Of a stretch of 64,000 nucleotides of DNA, positions 38,495-48,151 are shown piece after piece. Where the stretch lies: NCBI GenBank assembly GCA_041483895.1, contig JBGPGO010000015.1, positions 29,028 to 93,027 on the forward strand, given 5' to 3'. Position numbers and translations under genes: made by a program. This DNA comes from Fimbriimonadia bacterium. GTDB lineage: Bacteria > Armatimonadota > Fimbriimonadia > Fimbriimonadales > JABRVX01. The notes under the pieces were generated by a model that was given only the letters and a program-made list of their open reading frames with translations, was not told the origin of the DNA and searched no databases. Numbering within the stretch: position 1 is the first letter of the stretch; every line of letters begins with the position of its first letter.

Positions 38495-39319
38495 CTACGG
38501 GTTTAGCGTCGCCAGCATCTCGTCAGCGGGGAGGCGTTCCTGGCAGGATATCCGGCGGGGGGCGGAGAGGATTTGGATGTCGAAGCCGAGGGAGGCGTAG
38601 AGGTCGAGGATGCGTTCGGTGGCCTGGTTGGACGCGACGACCGGGCCGGGGTGGCGGGAGAGCCAATGGGCCAGGCGGACCTGGTCGTCCCAGGTGAAGT
38701 CGTCCTTTGAGTACTTGGTGAACTCCACATCGTAGGGAGGGTCGGCATAGATCAAGTCGTTCGGCGACGGGGATAGGTCTTCGAAGTCGCGGCACAGGAG
38801 TTCATAGTCCTGAAGAACCTCTTTGTACTCTCGGAAATCGCGCGTGTAGGTGATTGTCTTGTATTGCCCGAACGGCACATTGAAATGGCCACTGTTGTTG
38901 AAGCGGCAGAGGCCGTTGTAGCCCGTGCGGTTGAGGTAATAGAACAGAGTCGCGGCCTCTTTTGTCGCCGCCTTGCCGGCCGCGATCAGCTCGTTGAATC
39001 GCTCGCGATTTTCGTAATAGGTCTCGGAATCGTTAAGGAGCTCCACTGATGGACGGTGGCCGTTCGAACTTGCCGCCGTGGGCATGCGCAGCCCGCGCTG
39101 CAACCAGGTGTAGAAGTTGATGAGATGGGCGTTGCGGTCGGCCAGCAGCGCCCGTTCCGGCTGCAAACCGAGTGCCACCGCCATCCCCCCAACAAATGGC
39201 TCAACTAGCCGACGGTGTCTGTGGGGTTCATACAGTTCGCGCAAGATCGGAACAAGCCACCGCTTTCCGCCCGCCCATTTTAGGGGGGGATCGAGGGTTG
39301 GTTGGGTTAGGGTGGGCAT
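38495..39319 (-). CDS. Dam-like (D12-class) N6-adenine DNA methyltransferase
   Basis: PPLKWAGGKRWL, EPFVGG, YYLNRTGYNGLCRFN..G.FNVPFG, YADPPY. Confidence 0.9.
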   Translation of the reverse strand: MPTLTQPTLDPPLKWAGGKRWLVPILRELYEPHRHRRLVEPFVGGMAVALGLQPERALLADRNAHLINFYTWLQRGLRMPTAASSNGHRPSVELLNDSETYYENRERFNELIAAGKAATKEAATLFYYLNRTGYNGLCRFNNSGHFNVPFGQYKTITYTRDFREYKEVLQDYELLCRDFEDLSPSPNDLIYADPPYDVEFTKYSKDDFTWDDQVRLAHWLSRHPGPVVASNQATERILDLYASLGFDIQILSAPRRISCQERLPADEMLATLNP

Positions 39320-39350
39320 TGCGCCTATTCTACACCGGCGGATGCGGATG

Positions 39351-39444
39351 GTGTTTGGGTCTAGGTTGGTTGAAGTTGGGGAGTTATCGGTACCAGTGGA
39401 CCCAAACACATCCAAAAGGGACGGCAGGGACTTGAGGGACCTCA
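39351..39444. repeat. About 59-bp element with terminal inverted repeats GTGTTTGGGTC..GACCCAAACAC, plus an adjacent 9-bp tandem repeat
   Basis: Related copies at 63199-63259 and 63359-63417; GGGACGGCA GGGACTTGA GGGACCTCA at 39418-39444. Confidence 0.65.
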
Positions 39445-39500
39445 GCCAATTGCGCACGATCGGCATGCGGGGCTGCGGCTACGGGTGTACAATTTAGAAA

Positions 39501-41567
39501 ATGTTCCCCCTGATCATCCTCATGCTCACCCAAATCCCTCCGAAAACCCTCCCCCCGGTGCCGAGCGCAAGGCAGCTCGCCTGGCACCAGATGGAGTTCT
39601 ACGCCTTTGTCCACTTCGGCATGAACACCTTCACCGACCGGGAGTGGGGCCAAGGGACCGAGCCCGAGAGCCTGTTCAACCCCAGTCACCTCGACTGCCG
39701 CCAGTGGGTCCGCGCCTTCAAGGCCGCCGGGATGAAGGGCGTCATCATCACCGCCAAACACCACGACGGATTCTGCCTCTGGCCCTCCAAATACACCGAG
39801 CATTCCGTGAAGAACAGCCCTTGGAAGGGGGACGTGTTGCGCGAGCTGTCCGACGCCTGCAAGGAGTACGGTCTGAAGTTGGGCGTCTACGTCTCGCCCT
39901 GGGACCGCAACCAACCCGTCTATGGCGATTCGCCCAAATACAACGAATATTTTAGGAACCAGCTTCGCGAAGTGCTGACCCACTACGGCCCCATCTTCGA
40001 GGTCTGGTTCGACGGCGCGAACGGCGAGGGACCGAACGGCAAGCGCCAAGTATACGACTGGCCCGGCTACATAAAAGTGGTGCGCGAGTGCCAGCCGAAC
40101 GCCGTCATCTTTAGCGACGCGGGGCCGGACGTGCGGTGGGTCGGCAACGAGGACGGCTACGCGGCCGCCACTAATTGGTGCATGCTCAATCGCGACCAGT
40201 TCTATCCCGGCGGGCCGGGGTCGGAGCAGTTGCCGATGGGTCACGAGGACGGGACGCATTGGGTGCCAGCGGAGTGCGATGTCTCCATCCGCCCAGGCTG
40301 GTTTTATCACGCCGGCGAGGACGCGCGGGTGAAGACGGTGCCGGAGCTTCTGGACATCTACTATGCGTCGGTCGGGCAGAACGGCTCTTTTTTGCTCAAT
40401 GTTCCGGCGGATAAACGTGGGCTGATTGCCGACGTGGATGTCGCGCGATTGGCGGCTTTCCGGCATGCGCTGGATGAGACGTTCAAGACCGATTTGGCGC
40501 GCGGGGCAAAGGCGACGGCAAGCAGTGCGCGGAAGGGCTTCCCCGCTTCCAATGCGACCGATCAGTCCGATCAGTCCTATTGGGCCGCAAAGGACGGTGT
40601 CACCGAAGCAACGCTTACTCTGGATATGCGGAAACCGCAGACATTCAACCGCATCGTCCTGCAGGAATCCATCGCGCTGGGCCAGCGGGTGAAGTCGTTT
40701 ACCATCGAATACTACAAGGGCGGAAAATGGCAGACGCTGGCGGATGGCACGACGATAGGCCACAAGCGCATCTTCCGCACCAAAACAACTACGGCGCAGA
40801 AGGTGCGGCTGGTCATCCACGACGCCCGCGCCTGTCCGACCATCTCCACCTTTGCACTCTATGCCGCCCCGCCGACCGTTGATATCGAGGGCACAACGGA
40901 TTTCATCGATTCGACCATGGTGACGCTCCTGTCCGACTTCCCCGGCGCAACGATTTTCTACTCGGCCGATGGATCGGATGCAACCAAGGGGTCAGTGAAA
41001 TACACCGGTCCGTTTCGACTGACGAAATCAGGGACCGTAAGGGTGGTGGTGTACTACCACAATGTCGGCAGCCTTTCGACGGCGATGCAGAAATTCACAC
41101 GATACGAGAAGGCCGACCTGCGCCCAGCCATCGTCTTCGTCCGCGCGCCGGATGAGGGCTTGCGCTACGCCTATTACGAGGGCGGCTGGCAGCACCTGGG
41201 CGACATGACAAAACACACACCGGTTCTGGTAAAGACCACGCCGGATTTCAGCATAAGGGTCCGGAAGCGGGACGAGAACTTTGGCCTGCGCTTCACCGGC
41301 TTTATCAACGTCCCGACCGACGGCATCTACACGTTCTACACCGCGAGCGACGACGGCAGTCGGCTGTCAATCGGCGACAAACTGGTGGTGGATAACGACG
41401 GTCTGCATGGGATGGTGGAGAAGTCCGGCGTCATCGGCCTGCGCGCGGGTTTCCATCCGATAACGGTGGACTATTTCAACCTGAGCGGCGGCCTGGGGTT
41501 AGAGGTTTTCTACAAGGGACCGGACGTCTGGAAGCAGCCGATCCCACCATCGGCGCTGTTTCGATAG
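39501..41567 (+). CDS. GH29 alpha-L-fucosidase with F5/8-type C, Fn3-like and PA14 domains
   Basis: FVHFGMNTF, TAKHHDGFCLWPS, EVWFDGANGEG, PAECDVSIRPGWFYH, SDDGSRL..DNDGLH. Confidence 0.92.
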   Translation: MFPLIILMLTQIPPKTLPPVPSARQLAWHQMEFYAFVHFGMNTFTDREWGQGTEPESLFNPSHLDCRQWVRAFKAAGMKGVIITAKHHDGFCLWPSKYTEHSVKNSPWKGDVLRELSDACKEYGLKLGVYVSPWDRNQPVYGDSPKYNEYFRNQLREVLTHYGPIFEVWFDGANGEGPNGKRQVYDWPGYIKVVRECQPNAVIFSDAGPDVRWVGNEDGYAAATNWCMLNRDQFYPGGPGSEQLPMGHEDGTHWVPAECDVSIRPGWFYHAGEDARVKTVPELLDIYYASVGQNGSFLLNVPADKRGLIADVDVARLAAFRHALDETFKTDLARGAKATASSARKGFPASNATDQSDQSYWAAKDGVTEATLTLDMRKPQTFNRIVLQESIALGQRVKSFTIEYYKGGKWQTLADGTTIGHKRIFRTKTTTAQKVRLVIHDARACPTISTFALYAAPPTVDIEGTTDFIDSTMVTLLSDFPGATIFYSADGSDATKGSVKYTGPFRLTKSGTVRVVVYYHNVGSLSTAMQKFTRYEKADLRPAIVFVRAPDEGLRYAYYEGGWQHLGDMTKHTPVLVKTTPDFSIRVRKRDENFGLRFTGFINVPTDGIYTFYTASDDGSRLSIGDKLVVDNDGLHGMVEKSGVIGLRAGFHPITVDYFNLSGGLGLEVFYKGPDVWKQPIPPSALFR

Positions 41568-41590
41568 TCAATTGTGTTAGACTCGTTGGC

Positions 41591-42085
41591 ATGAAACTCC
41601 GGCTAGCTCTTTCCGTGGCGGTGCTATTACCAACGTTCCCATTAGGTCAAGGCGCCACCAACAACTCGAGCGTCAAGGCGGAATTGACACGTCAATACGC
41701 CGCGTACAGTAAGGCCGTTATTGCTCGAGACGCTGAAGCTCTCACTGGGCTGTTGGCTGCCAAGTTTGAATATGGACTGAAGAAAACCAAGCCCATGCAA
41801 CGGAAGGCATTCGTCATGATGATGACCAACAAATCCTATTCGGACATTGAGGATACGATCCAAATCCGAAGAATCAAGGCGTTACCGAACAAGCGAATCG
41901 TCGATGTCATGGAGCGGCACTCGTTCGTCTATCGACAAGGCCCCGGCATGAATTGGGCGTCCCACAGTATGGAGCGTGTGGACACTTGGGTGCGTCAGTC
42001 AGACGGTTGGAAGCTTGTTAAGGCGCAGATGATCAGCAAGATGATCGCGGACGGATTCAAGCCAGTTGGCAAGCCTGGAAAATAG
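41591..42085 (+). CDS. Secreted NTF2-like (DUF4440-type) protein
   Basis: Signal peptide; AVIARDAEALTGLLA..DTWVRQSDGWKL pattern. Confidence 0.6.
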   Translation: MKLRLALSVAVLLPTFPLGQGATNNSSVKAELTRQYAAYSKAVIARDAEALTGLLAAKFEYGLKKTKPMQRKAFVMMMTNKSYSDIEDTIQIRRIKALPNKRIVDVMERHSFVYRQGPGMNWASHSMERVDTWVRQSDGWKLVKAQMISKMIADGFKPVGKPGK

Positions 42086-42223
42086 TTTGCCATCAAGGCA
42101 CCCATCTGCTGTGACCAATTTGGCACCCAATCATCGCCGCTTTCGCGGGACCGTTCAGGGTGGAAATCGATTGGCAGGGCAATATGGGGAAGGACTCCTC
42201 GCTGATAGCCCGAATCCCGCTCC

Positions 42224-44203
42224 ATGCTAGCCATGATCCTAATCCCAATCCTCGCAGCCATGCAGACCCCGGACAAGGACCGCCTCGACTGGTTCCGGGA
42301 AGCGCGCTTCGGCATGTTCATCCACTGGGGCCTCTACTCCGTCCCCGCCGGCACGTGGGGCGACCAGACCGGCCACGCAGAATGGATCCGCGAAACCGCC
42401 CACATCCCCGTCAATGAGTACGAAAAGCTTCTCAAACAGTTCAATCCGGTGAAGTTCGACGCCGACGCCTGGGTGAAAATGGCAAAAGACGCCGGGATGA
42501 AATACATCGTCATCACATCGAAGCATCATGACGGCTTTGATCTGTTCGATTCCAAAGTCTCAGACTTCGACGTGATGGCGACGCCGTTCCATCGAGACAT
42601 CATGAAAGAGTTGTCCGAGGCATGCCGGAAACAGGGGATGAAGATGTGTTGGTACCACTCGATCATGGACTGGCACCATCCCGACTATCTTCCGCGCCGC
42701 TCTTGGGAGAACCGCCCGGTGGATGGCGCGGATTTCAGCCGCTATGTGAAGTACCTCCACGATCAAGTAACGGAGCTGCTGACCAACTACGGCCCCATCG
42801 GCATCATGTGGTTCGACGGCGAGTGGGAGAAGACATGGAATCACGAGCTAGGGCAGCCCCTCTATGACCTGTGCCGCAAACTGCAACCGAATGTGATCGT
42901 AAACAACCGTGTGGATATCGGCCGCGGAGGAATGGGCGGACTGAGCGACGCCGGATTTGCGGGCGACTATGGCACGCCGGAGCAAGAGATTCCCGCGACC
43001 GGCATTCCCGGCGTGGACTGGGAAACCTGCATGACGATGAACGATCACTGGGGCTACAACAGTCATGACAAGAACTTCAAATCCACCAAAGAGATCATCC
43101 GCATGCTTTGCGATATCACGTCAAAAGGCGGCAACTATCTGCTAAATATCGGGCCCACGTCGGAAGGCGTTTTTCCGCCGGAAAGCGTGCAGCGGCTGAA
43201 GGAGATCGGCGACTGGATGAAGGTAAACAGCGAGGCGATCTATGGCACCCACGCCAGCCCGTTCAAAAAGCTCGACTGGGGCCGATGTACGGTGAATGGC
43301 AACAAGCTGTACCTGCACGTTTTCGACTGGCCCGCCGATGGCAAGTTGGTTGTTCCGGGGCTTGGCAATCAGCCGACCCACGCCTACGTCTTAGGGAAAA
43401 GCGGGCAACGGCTCCCCGTCACGCGAAACGGCACGGATATTGTCATTTCCGTCCCGCCGAAGATGCCGGACGAGAACTGCACAGTCGTCGGATTGGCGCT
43501 GGACGGCAAGCCGGTTGTATATGAGATGCCGGAGATCAAGACCGAGATCACGGAGTTGGTAAAGCCGACAAAAGTGGAGATTGCAACGACCTCACCCGAT
43601 CTCCAGATTCGATATACGGTGGATGGGAGCGATCCCGATGAATCCTCTGCCGTTTACCAAGGTCCGGTCACGATCTCCGACAACGCCACGCTAAAGGCCC
43701 GCAGCTTTTATAAGGGCAAGGCGGTCAGCGGTGTGGCGTCTGCATCGTTCAAAAAAGTGGCGCCCATGCTAGCAACTCTCGTGTCATATTTACAGCCCGG
43801 TCTGCACTGCGCCATGTTCAAAGGCGATTGGGACGCACTCCCAAACTTTGCAACGCTTACCCCGGCAGAAACGAAGACACTAACCACCGTTGGCGCGTCT
43901 AAAGAGGAGTTTGTCGGTCGCCGGTTCACCGGCTATATCGACGTTCCGACCGACGACGTATATCTCTTCTCGCTGACATCGGACGACGGGGCGAAGTTGC
44001 TCATCGACGGACGCGTTATTGTGGATAACGATGGATTGCACTCATCCATCGAGAAACGCGGCACCGCTCCGCTGGCAAAGGGCTGGCATCCGATAGAGGT
44101 GCAGTATTTCAACAAGACGGGCGGGTCGGCGCTCGACCTTTCTTGGGCGCCCGCGGGCGGCAAGCTAGAGCAGGTGGCCGCGAAGTCATTTGGATCTAAG
44201 TAG
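42224..44203 (+). CDS. GH29 alpha-L-fucosidase with Fn3-like and PA14 domains
   Basis: RFGMFIHWGLYS, TSKHHDGF, MWFDGEW, WETCMTMNDHWGY, GGNYLLNIGP, SDDGAKL. Confidence 0.92.
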   Translation: MLAMILIPILAAMQTPDKDRLDWFREARFGMFIHWGLYSVPAGTWGDQTGHAEWIRETAHIPVNEYEKLLKQFNPVKFDADAWVKMAKDAGMKYIVITSKHHDGFDLFDSKVSDFDVMATPFHRDIMKELSEACRKQGMKMCWYHSIMDWHHPDYLPRRSWENRPVDGADFSRYVKYLHDQVTELLTNYGPIGIMWFDGEWEKTWNHELGQPLYDLCRKLQPNVIVNNRVDIGRGGMGGLSDAGFAGDYGTPEQEIPATGIPGVDWETCMTMNDHWGYNSHDKNFKSTKEIIRMLCDITSKGGNYLLNIGPTSEGVFPPESVQRLKEIGDWMKVNSEAIYGTHASPFKKLDWGRCTVNGNKLYLHVFDWPADGKLVVPGLGNQPTHAYVLGKSGQRLPVTRNGTDIVISVPPKMPDENCTVVGLALDGKPVVYEMPEIKTEITELVKPTKVEIATTSPDLQIRYTVDGSDPDESSAVYQGPVTISDNATLKARSFYKGKAVSGVASASFKKVAPMLATLVSYLQPGLHCAMFKGDWDALPNFATLTPAETKTLTTVGASKEEFVGRRFTGYIDVPTDDVYLFSLTSDDGAKLLIDGRVIVDNDGLHSSIEKRGTAPLAKGWHPIEVQYFNKTGGSALDLSWAPAGGKLEQVAAKSFGSK

Positions 44204-44403
44204 CCGCGGGTCCTCGTGCCAACATGCGAACGATTCGCTCAGTAGCCGCGGTTCCTCGTGCCGACACGCGAACGTATGCCGACCCCAAGAACCGCGTAAC
44301 AGGCAGGAAATGTCAATACCTTAGGGGATCGGCGCCACCATCGGGATCGCGCAGTTCTTGTGGTCGATACTCCGAAGATATCGGAACGAGGAACTGCGGC
44401 TAC
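44200..44403. repeat. GTAG-type REP cluster (REPIN-like) between convergent genes
   Basis: GTAGCCGCGG(G/T)TCCTCGTGCC at 44200 and 44242; inverted copy TCGGAACGAGGAACTGCGGCTAC at 44381-44403. Confidence 0.8.
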
Positions 44404-46919
44404 TTCAAATGCGAAATGTCCAAAAGATCCTCCTCATCGAGCGGCAGCTTGTCGCCAAGATAAGTATCAACGACCAGCACAATGCGGCCGTTTAGGCTGT
44501 CGGAACGCGGAACGGTGAGGTAGCCGATCACCCGATCCGCATGGCTCTTGATCCCCTTCCCCTTCGCCTCGGGTGTTACACGCATCAGCTTCAGATAAGA
44601 CTCATAAGCTTCCGGTCGCAAGAAAAGAAGCTCTCTTGTTGTCCAGTTACGTCCATCAAAGTTTCTCGTCGAAACGTAAGCCGCATTCTCTTTCGGAGAA
44701 AAAAACCAATTGAGAACGTTATCGAATTTGATTTGGCTCGGATTGGGAGGACCGGCGGTAATAGAAGACTTGTCGGTGATAAACCACATCTGGTCACTTG
44801 CCTTGAATGACAGTCCAAGTAGAGCGCCAATATCGGTTTCTGTGAGATGTGGCAGCAACGCAGTATAGTCGTAGGCGACATCCGACCAGCGATAATGGAC
44901 CGGATTCGATGGCTCAAAGTAGGGCCGCGGTTTAGCGCTGTCCGACACAGGTTTCTCCGCCTGCCATTTCAGTCCCGAGACCCCACGATTGAACAAGTCG
45001 CAAAATCGTACCGACAGACCCCACACATCCGACCGCTTTCCCGGCTCCAGCCAGTCCTCTCCATGCTGCCCATTCGTCACGCAAATCTCCAAATGATTCC
45101 AGCCCTTCTCCAGCGTTATCCCCGTCGCGACCCGATCCTTTTCGCGAGACTCCTGGAACCGCACCAGCGTCCAATAGAGACCACCGAACACCTTTTGGCC
45201 ATTCAAGAACACCACCGCGTTGTCGTCATAACCCATCCACATGCGCACGCGCTGATGCACCGGCGAGTAGACATAGCACGACGCCATTGCCAGCGCGTTC
45301 AGCGACATGCCCGGCCACATCGACTTGAAATCTAAATACCCGTTCGTCGCCGTGACAGCCCTTGCAGGACCCAACGTTAGCCGATTCGCTACCACCTGAT
45401 CGCGAAAATCCTTGAGCCTAGATTGGAACGCATCGTCCGGCTTGTCCGTTTCCGGCAGCAGCGTCGTCGGTCCGGATACCTCCCACGTATCGATATGTGG
45501 CGTCGTAGGCGGATCGCTCCCGCGTATCATGCGATACATCCCCGGCGTCATATAGTAGCGATTGCATGAATGATGCCCCATGCCCATGCTGGAAATCGGC
45601 TCGAATCCACACCAATCAGAGGAGTGCGTCTCCGGAACACCGATACCCAATTCGCTCGTAATCATCAACCAATCGAGCGAGTGATTCCATTCATGATAGA
45701 ACACATCCCATTCCCGAATCCCAAGATTGAGGGCGGCCGATCGGTCCGGCCCGCAATCATGTCCCAGCGTATCCGACGCCCCCCAGCCCGTCATCTTCAC
45801 AAACGCTTCCGTAGTCCCTGGTTTGAACAGCCCCTCAAATGGCCGGGGATCGTATTCCCCTCGGTTGTCAAACTCCTTATCATATACATGGAACGTATTC
45901 ACCATCCGCAGCGCGCCATGCGACGACGCGGCGAGAATTGCCGAGCACCATTCCCACATCTTCTTGCTATATGCTATCTGCTCATCTGAGATAGTTAGCA
46001 CTCGCTCCTTGTCTCCTTCCTTCTCCCGCAGCTTGCGGAAAAGGGCGACGAAATTACGGTAGGTGTTGGATTTGTCATGCGGATACAAATCGGCTGCCTT
46101 CTTGTAGTAGGGATAGATCTTTTCCATATCCATCAGCAGGTCGCTATCCCGGTAGCTCAGGGCGTCAGCAAGCATATACCAAGCGTCCGGATTCTTCGGC
46201 ATCAACTCCGTTGCGCGTCGAAAACAGCTCGCGGCCAATTCCCAACACCCGTTGACCATGCAATACAGGCCCAGATCGTAGAATCCCGGCCCGGTTTTGA
46301 TCTCTTTGAACTTGCTTTCCGCCGACGCCCAACGTGCAAGCCGCCGCAACAGCCGTGCCGCCTCCGGCGTTTTCGCTTTCTCCGATCCCTGGCGAAACCG
46401 TTTCTCCGCACCGCTGAAATCGCCGCGAACTAGAAGCGATGAAAGCCCCTCGGTGTAGTCACCCGTGAGGCCGTCCCTGGAACCAAAGTGAATCGGCCCG
46501 CCGAGTTTCAGGAAATCATCCGTATAATACAGCCGAAATCCGTGCAGTTGGCCTGGATGGACGGATATCTCGATCCGGCACTCCTGTTTCCCCTCCGTCA
46601 ACTCCAACGGCAGAAACGTAACGGCCCCTGTGCTTCCGGCATCTTTGCCGTCTATCGTGTAGAGCCACGAAGAGTTCCCACCCCGCGGAACGAGCACGAA
46701 TTGCCCTTTCGCCGCCCCAAAACGCATCGCACGAGGTTTGATCGTAAACGAAGCCCTGTCTCCCGCCACCTTATATTGGAACCTCGCCTCGCTCGCCTTG
46801 TCACCGACAGTTAGATGCCCGGCCGGAAGCCAAAAGAAATAGCCGTCGTGAGGATTGGTGTCGGCCACGGCCGGAACCAACACTGCAACGAGGTGCAACA
46901 TCGTCAGCATAAACTTCAT
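44400..46919 (-). CDS. Secreted hypothetical protein with a TPR, an HExxH motif and a PA14-like domain
   Basis: Signal peptide; FRRATELMPKNPDAWYMLA (TPR); YHEWNHSLD; MGYDDNAVVFLNG..LEKGWNHL. Confidence 0.6.
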   Translation of the reverse strand: MKFMLTMLHLVAVLVPAVADTNPHDGYFFWLPAGHLTVGDKASEARFQYKVAGDRASFTIKPRAMRFGAAKGQFVLVPRGGNSSWLYTIDGKDAGSTGAVTFLPLELTEGKQECRIEISVHPGQLHGFRLYYTDDFLKLGGPIHFGSRDGLTGDYTEGLSSLLVRGDFSGAEKRFRQGSEKAKTPEAARLLRRLARWASAESKFKEIKTGPGFYDLGLYCMVNGCWELAASCFRRATELMPKNPDAWYMLADALSYRDSDLLMDMEKIYPYYKKAADLYPHDKSNTYRNFVALFRKLREKEGDKERVLTISDEQIAYSKKMWEWCSAILAASSHGALRMVNTFHVYDKEFDNRGEYDPRPFEGLFKPGTTEAFVKMTGWGASDTLGHDCGPDRSAALNLGIREWDVFYHEWNHSLDWLMITSELGIGVPETHSSDWCGFEPISSMGMGHHSCNRYYMTPGMYRMIRGSDPPTTPHIDTWEVSGPTTLLPETDKPDDAFQSRLKDFRDQVVANRLTLGPARAVTATNGYLDFKSMWPGMSLNALAMASCYVYSPVHQRVRMWMGYDDNAVVFLNGQKVFGGLYWTLVRFQESREKDRVATGITLEKGWNHLEICVTNGQHGEDWLEPGKRSDVWGLSVRFCDLFNRGVSGLKWQAEKPVSDSAKPRPYFEPSNPVHYRWSDVAYDYTALLPHLTETDIGALLGLSFKASDQMWFITDKSSITAGPPNPSQIKFDNVLNWFFSPKENAAYVSTRNFDGRNWTTRELLFLRPEAYESYLKLMRVTPEAKGKGIKSHADRVIGYLTVPRSDSLNGRIVLVVDTYLGDKLPLDEEDLLDISHLK

Positions 46920-46982
46920 ACCGCTCCATTCTCAGAAAGTTTGAGCACTCCTACACAGATATGACCGGTAAACTCAATAATC

Positions 46983-47546
46983 ATGGGAATCACCCTGTTT
47001 TTCCTCATTCTCCACCTAACCAATCCTCCAACGATAATCCCGGCTATCGCGAAGATTGGACCAATCACCGTCGGGTGGACGACGATGGAGGAATGCGAAC
47101 GGTTGATGGGAAAGGGAGCGGAAAGTCTTGGAGGCCACGCGCATGGCGCACGGACATGGCGTCTGCGCAACACAAAGCGGGTCGTTTACGCCGATGGATT
47201 CGACCTTGGGCCCGGCGGGCTTGTCCTCAACATGCTCATGATTGAAAAGGGAAACAGCGCTCCGGAAGGACCTGGTGTTCCCGAACCCTATGTTCCGTTC
47301 TCAAAGAAACCGCAGGACTGGTTCAAGTTTGCGGGGAAGGTCACGATCGGCATGGATAAGGCGAGGGTCCTGAAGCTCCTAAAATCCGCTGTGCCGAAGC
47401 CGATGATTAATGGCGACAATCTCGTCTGGCATCAGACCGGCTACGCCAAGCGGCATACGTCGGATGAACGACCATATACCGACTGGACCACCACGCTGGA
47501 ATTTCAGAAGAACAAACTGATCGGAATTAGGCTGGAGCTAGACTGA
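46983..47546 (+). CDS. Hypothetical secreted protein
   Basis: 187-aa ORF with a hydrophobic N-terminus; internal IxVG/VTIG repeat. Confidence 0.55.
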   Translation: MGITLFFLILHLTNPPTIIPAIAKIGPITVGWTTMEECERLMGKGAESLGGHAHGARTWRLRNTKRVVYADGFDLGPGGLVLNMLMIEKGNSAPEGPGVPEPYVPFSKKPQDWFKFAGKVTIGMDKARVLKLLKSAVPKPMINGDNLVWHQTGYAKRHTSDERPYTDWTTTLEFQKNKLIGIRLELD

Positions 47547-47813
47547 CGGGACTCGTCGCGCAAACGGCAGCAACATCCCCGCCACCGCTCCCCAAACCAA
47601 ACCAAACAGCCCGGCAACCACCAGATCGTGCAGAGACGTAAACCCCAGCCCCATCCGGATAGCCGCCGCCAAGCACCCGGCGGTCGCCAACGAGCACAGT
47701 TTCGGTATCCGAACCGCAGACCCGGCAGCCAACCGTTGCCCAAGGCGAGAAACGGCGTGCTTGGCCAAAATCCCGGCCCCAAGCATCACCAGCAGCCGTA
47801 TCGCGAGGTCCAT
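47538..47813 (-). CDS. Small membrane protein
   Basis: Three hydrophobic segments; TATATT 6 nt before the ATG. Confidence 0.5.
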   Translation of the reverse strand: MDLAIRLLVMLGAGILAKHAVSRLGQRLAAGSAVRIPKLCSLATAGCLAAAIRMGLGFTSLHDLVVAGLFGLVWGAVAGMLLPFARRVPSV

Positions 47814-47854
47814 GGGGCCAATATACCCGCCGTCTGGGTATAATTTCCGCACGA

Positions 47855-48151
47855 ATGAAAGGCAAAAAACACCCGAGGCCCGCCTGGTGGAAGAGCAGCT
47901 ACTTCTGGATCACAGGCGCGCTTCTGTTTATCTCGATCTACGGATTCGCGGCCGGGCCATCCAGAATCGCCGACCCGGGCCAAAGTGACAGCAAACCCCA
48001 ATCCCTGAAAGACCCGCGCGACCTGGACGGCACAACTACCTTGCCGCTCCTATATCTGGGCGCCGCGGTGCTCATGGGATTCAACGGAATCATCAGCCAC
48101 CGGCAATACGTGGCCATGTACAAAGCGGAACAGGAGGCCCAGAGTGGTTAG
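47855..48151 (+). CDS. Small two-TM membrane protein
   Basis: Two hydrophobic helices; TATAAT upstream. Confidence 0.6.
   Translation: MKGKKHPRPAWWKSSYFWITGALLFISIYGFAAGPSRIADPGQSDSKPQSLKDPRDLDGTTTLPLLYLGAAVLMGFNGIISHRQYVAMYKAEQEAQSG

Larger units (their letters stand above)
38484..39486. repeat. 19-bp direct repeat CGGGGCTGCGGCTACGGGT flanking the Dam-like gene (copies at 38484-38502 and 39468-39486)
   Basis: Exact match of both copies; reads GTAGCCGCAG on the minus strand like the REP at 44.2-44.4 kb. Confidence 0.75.
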
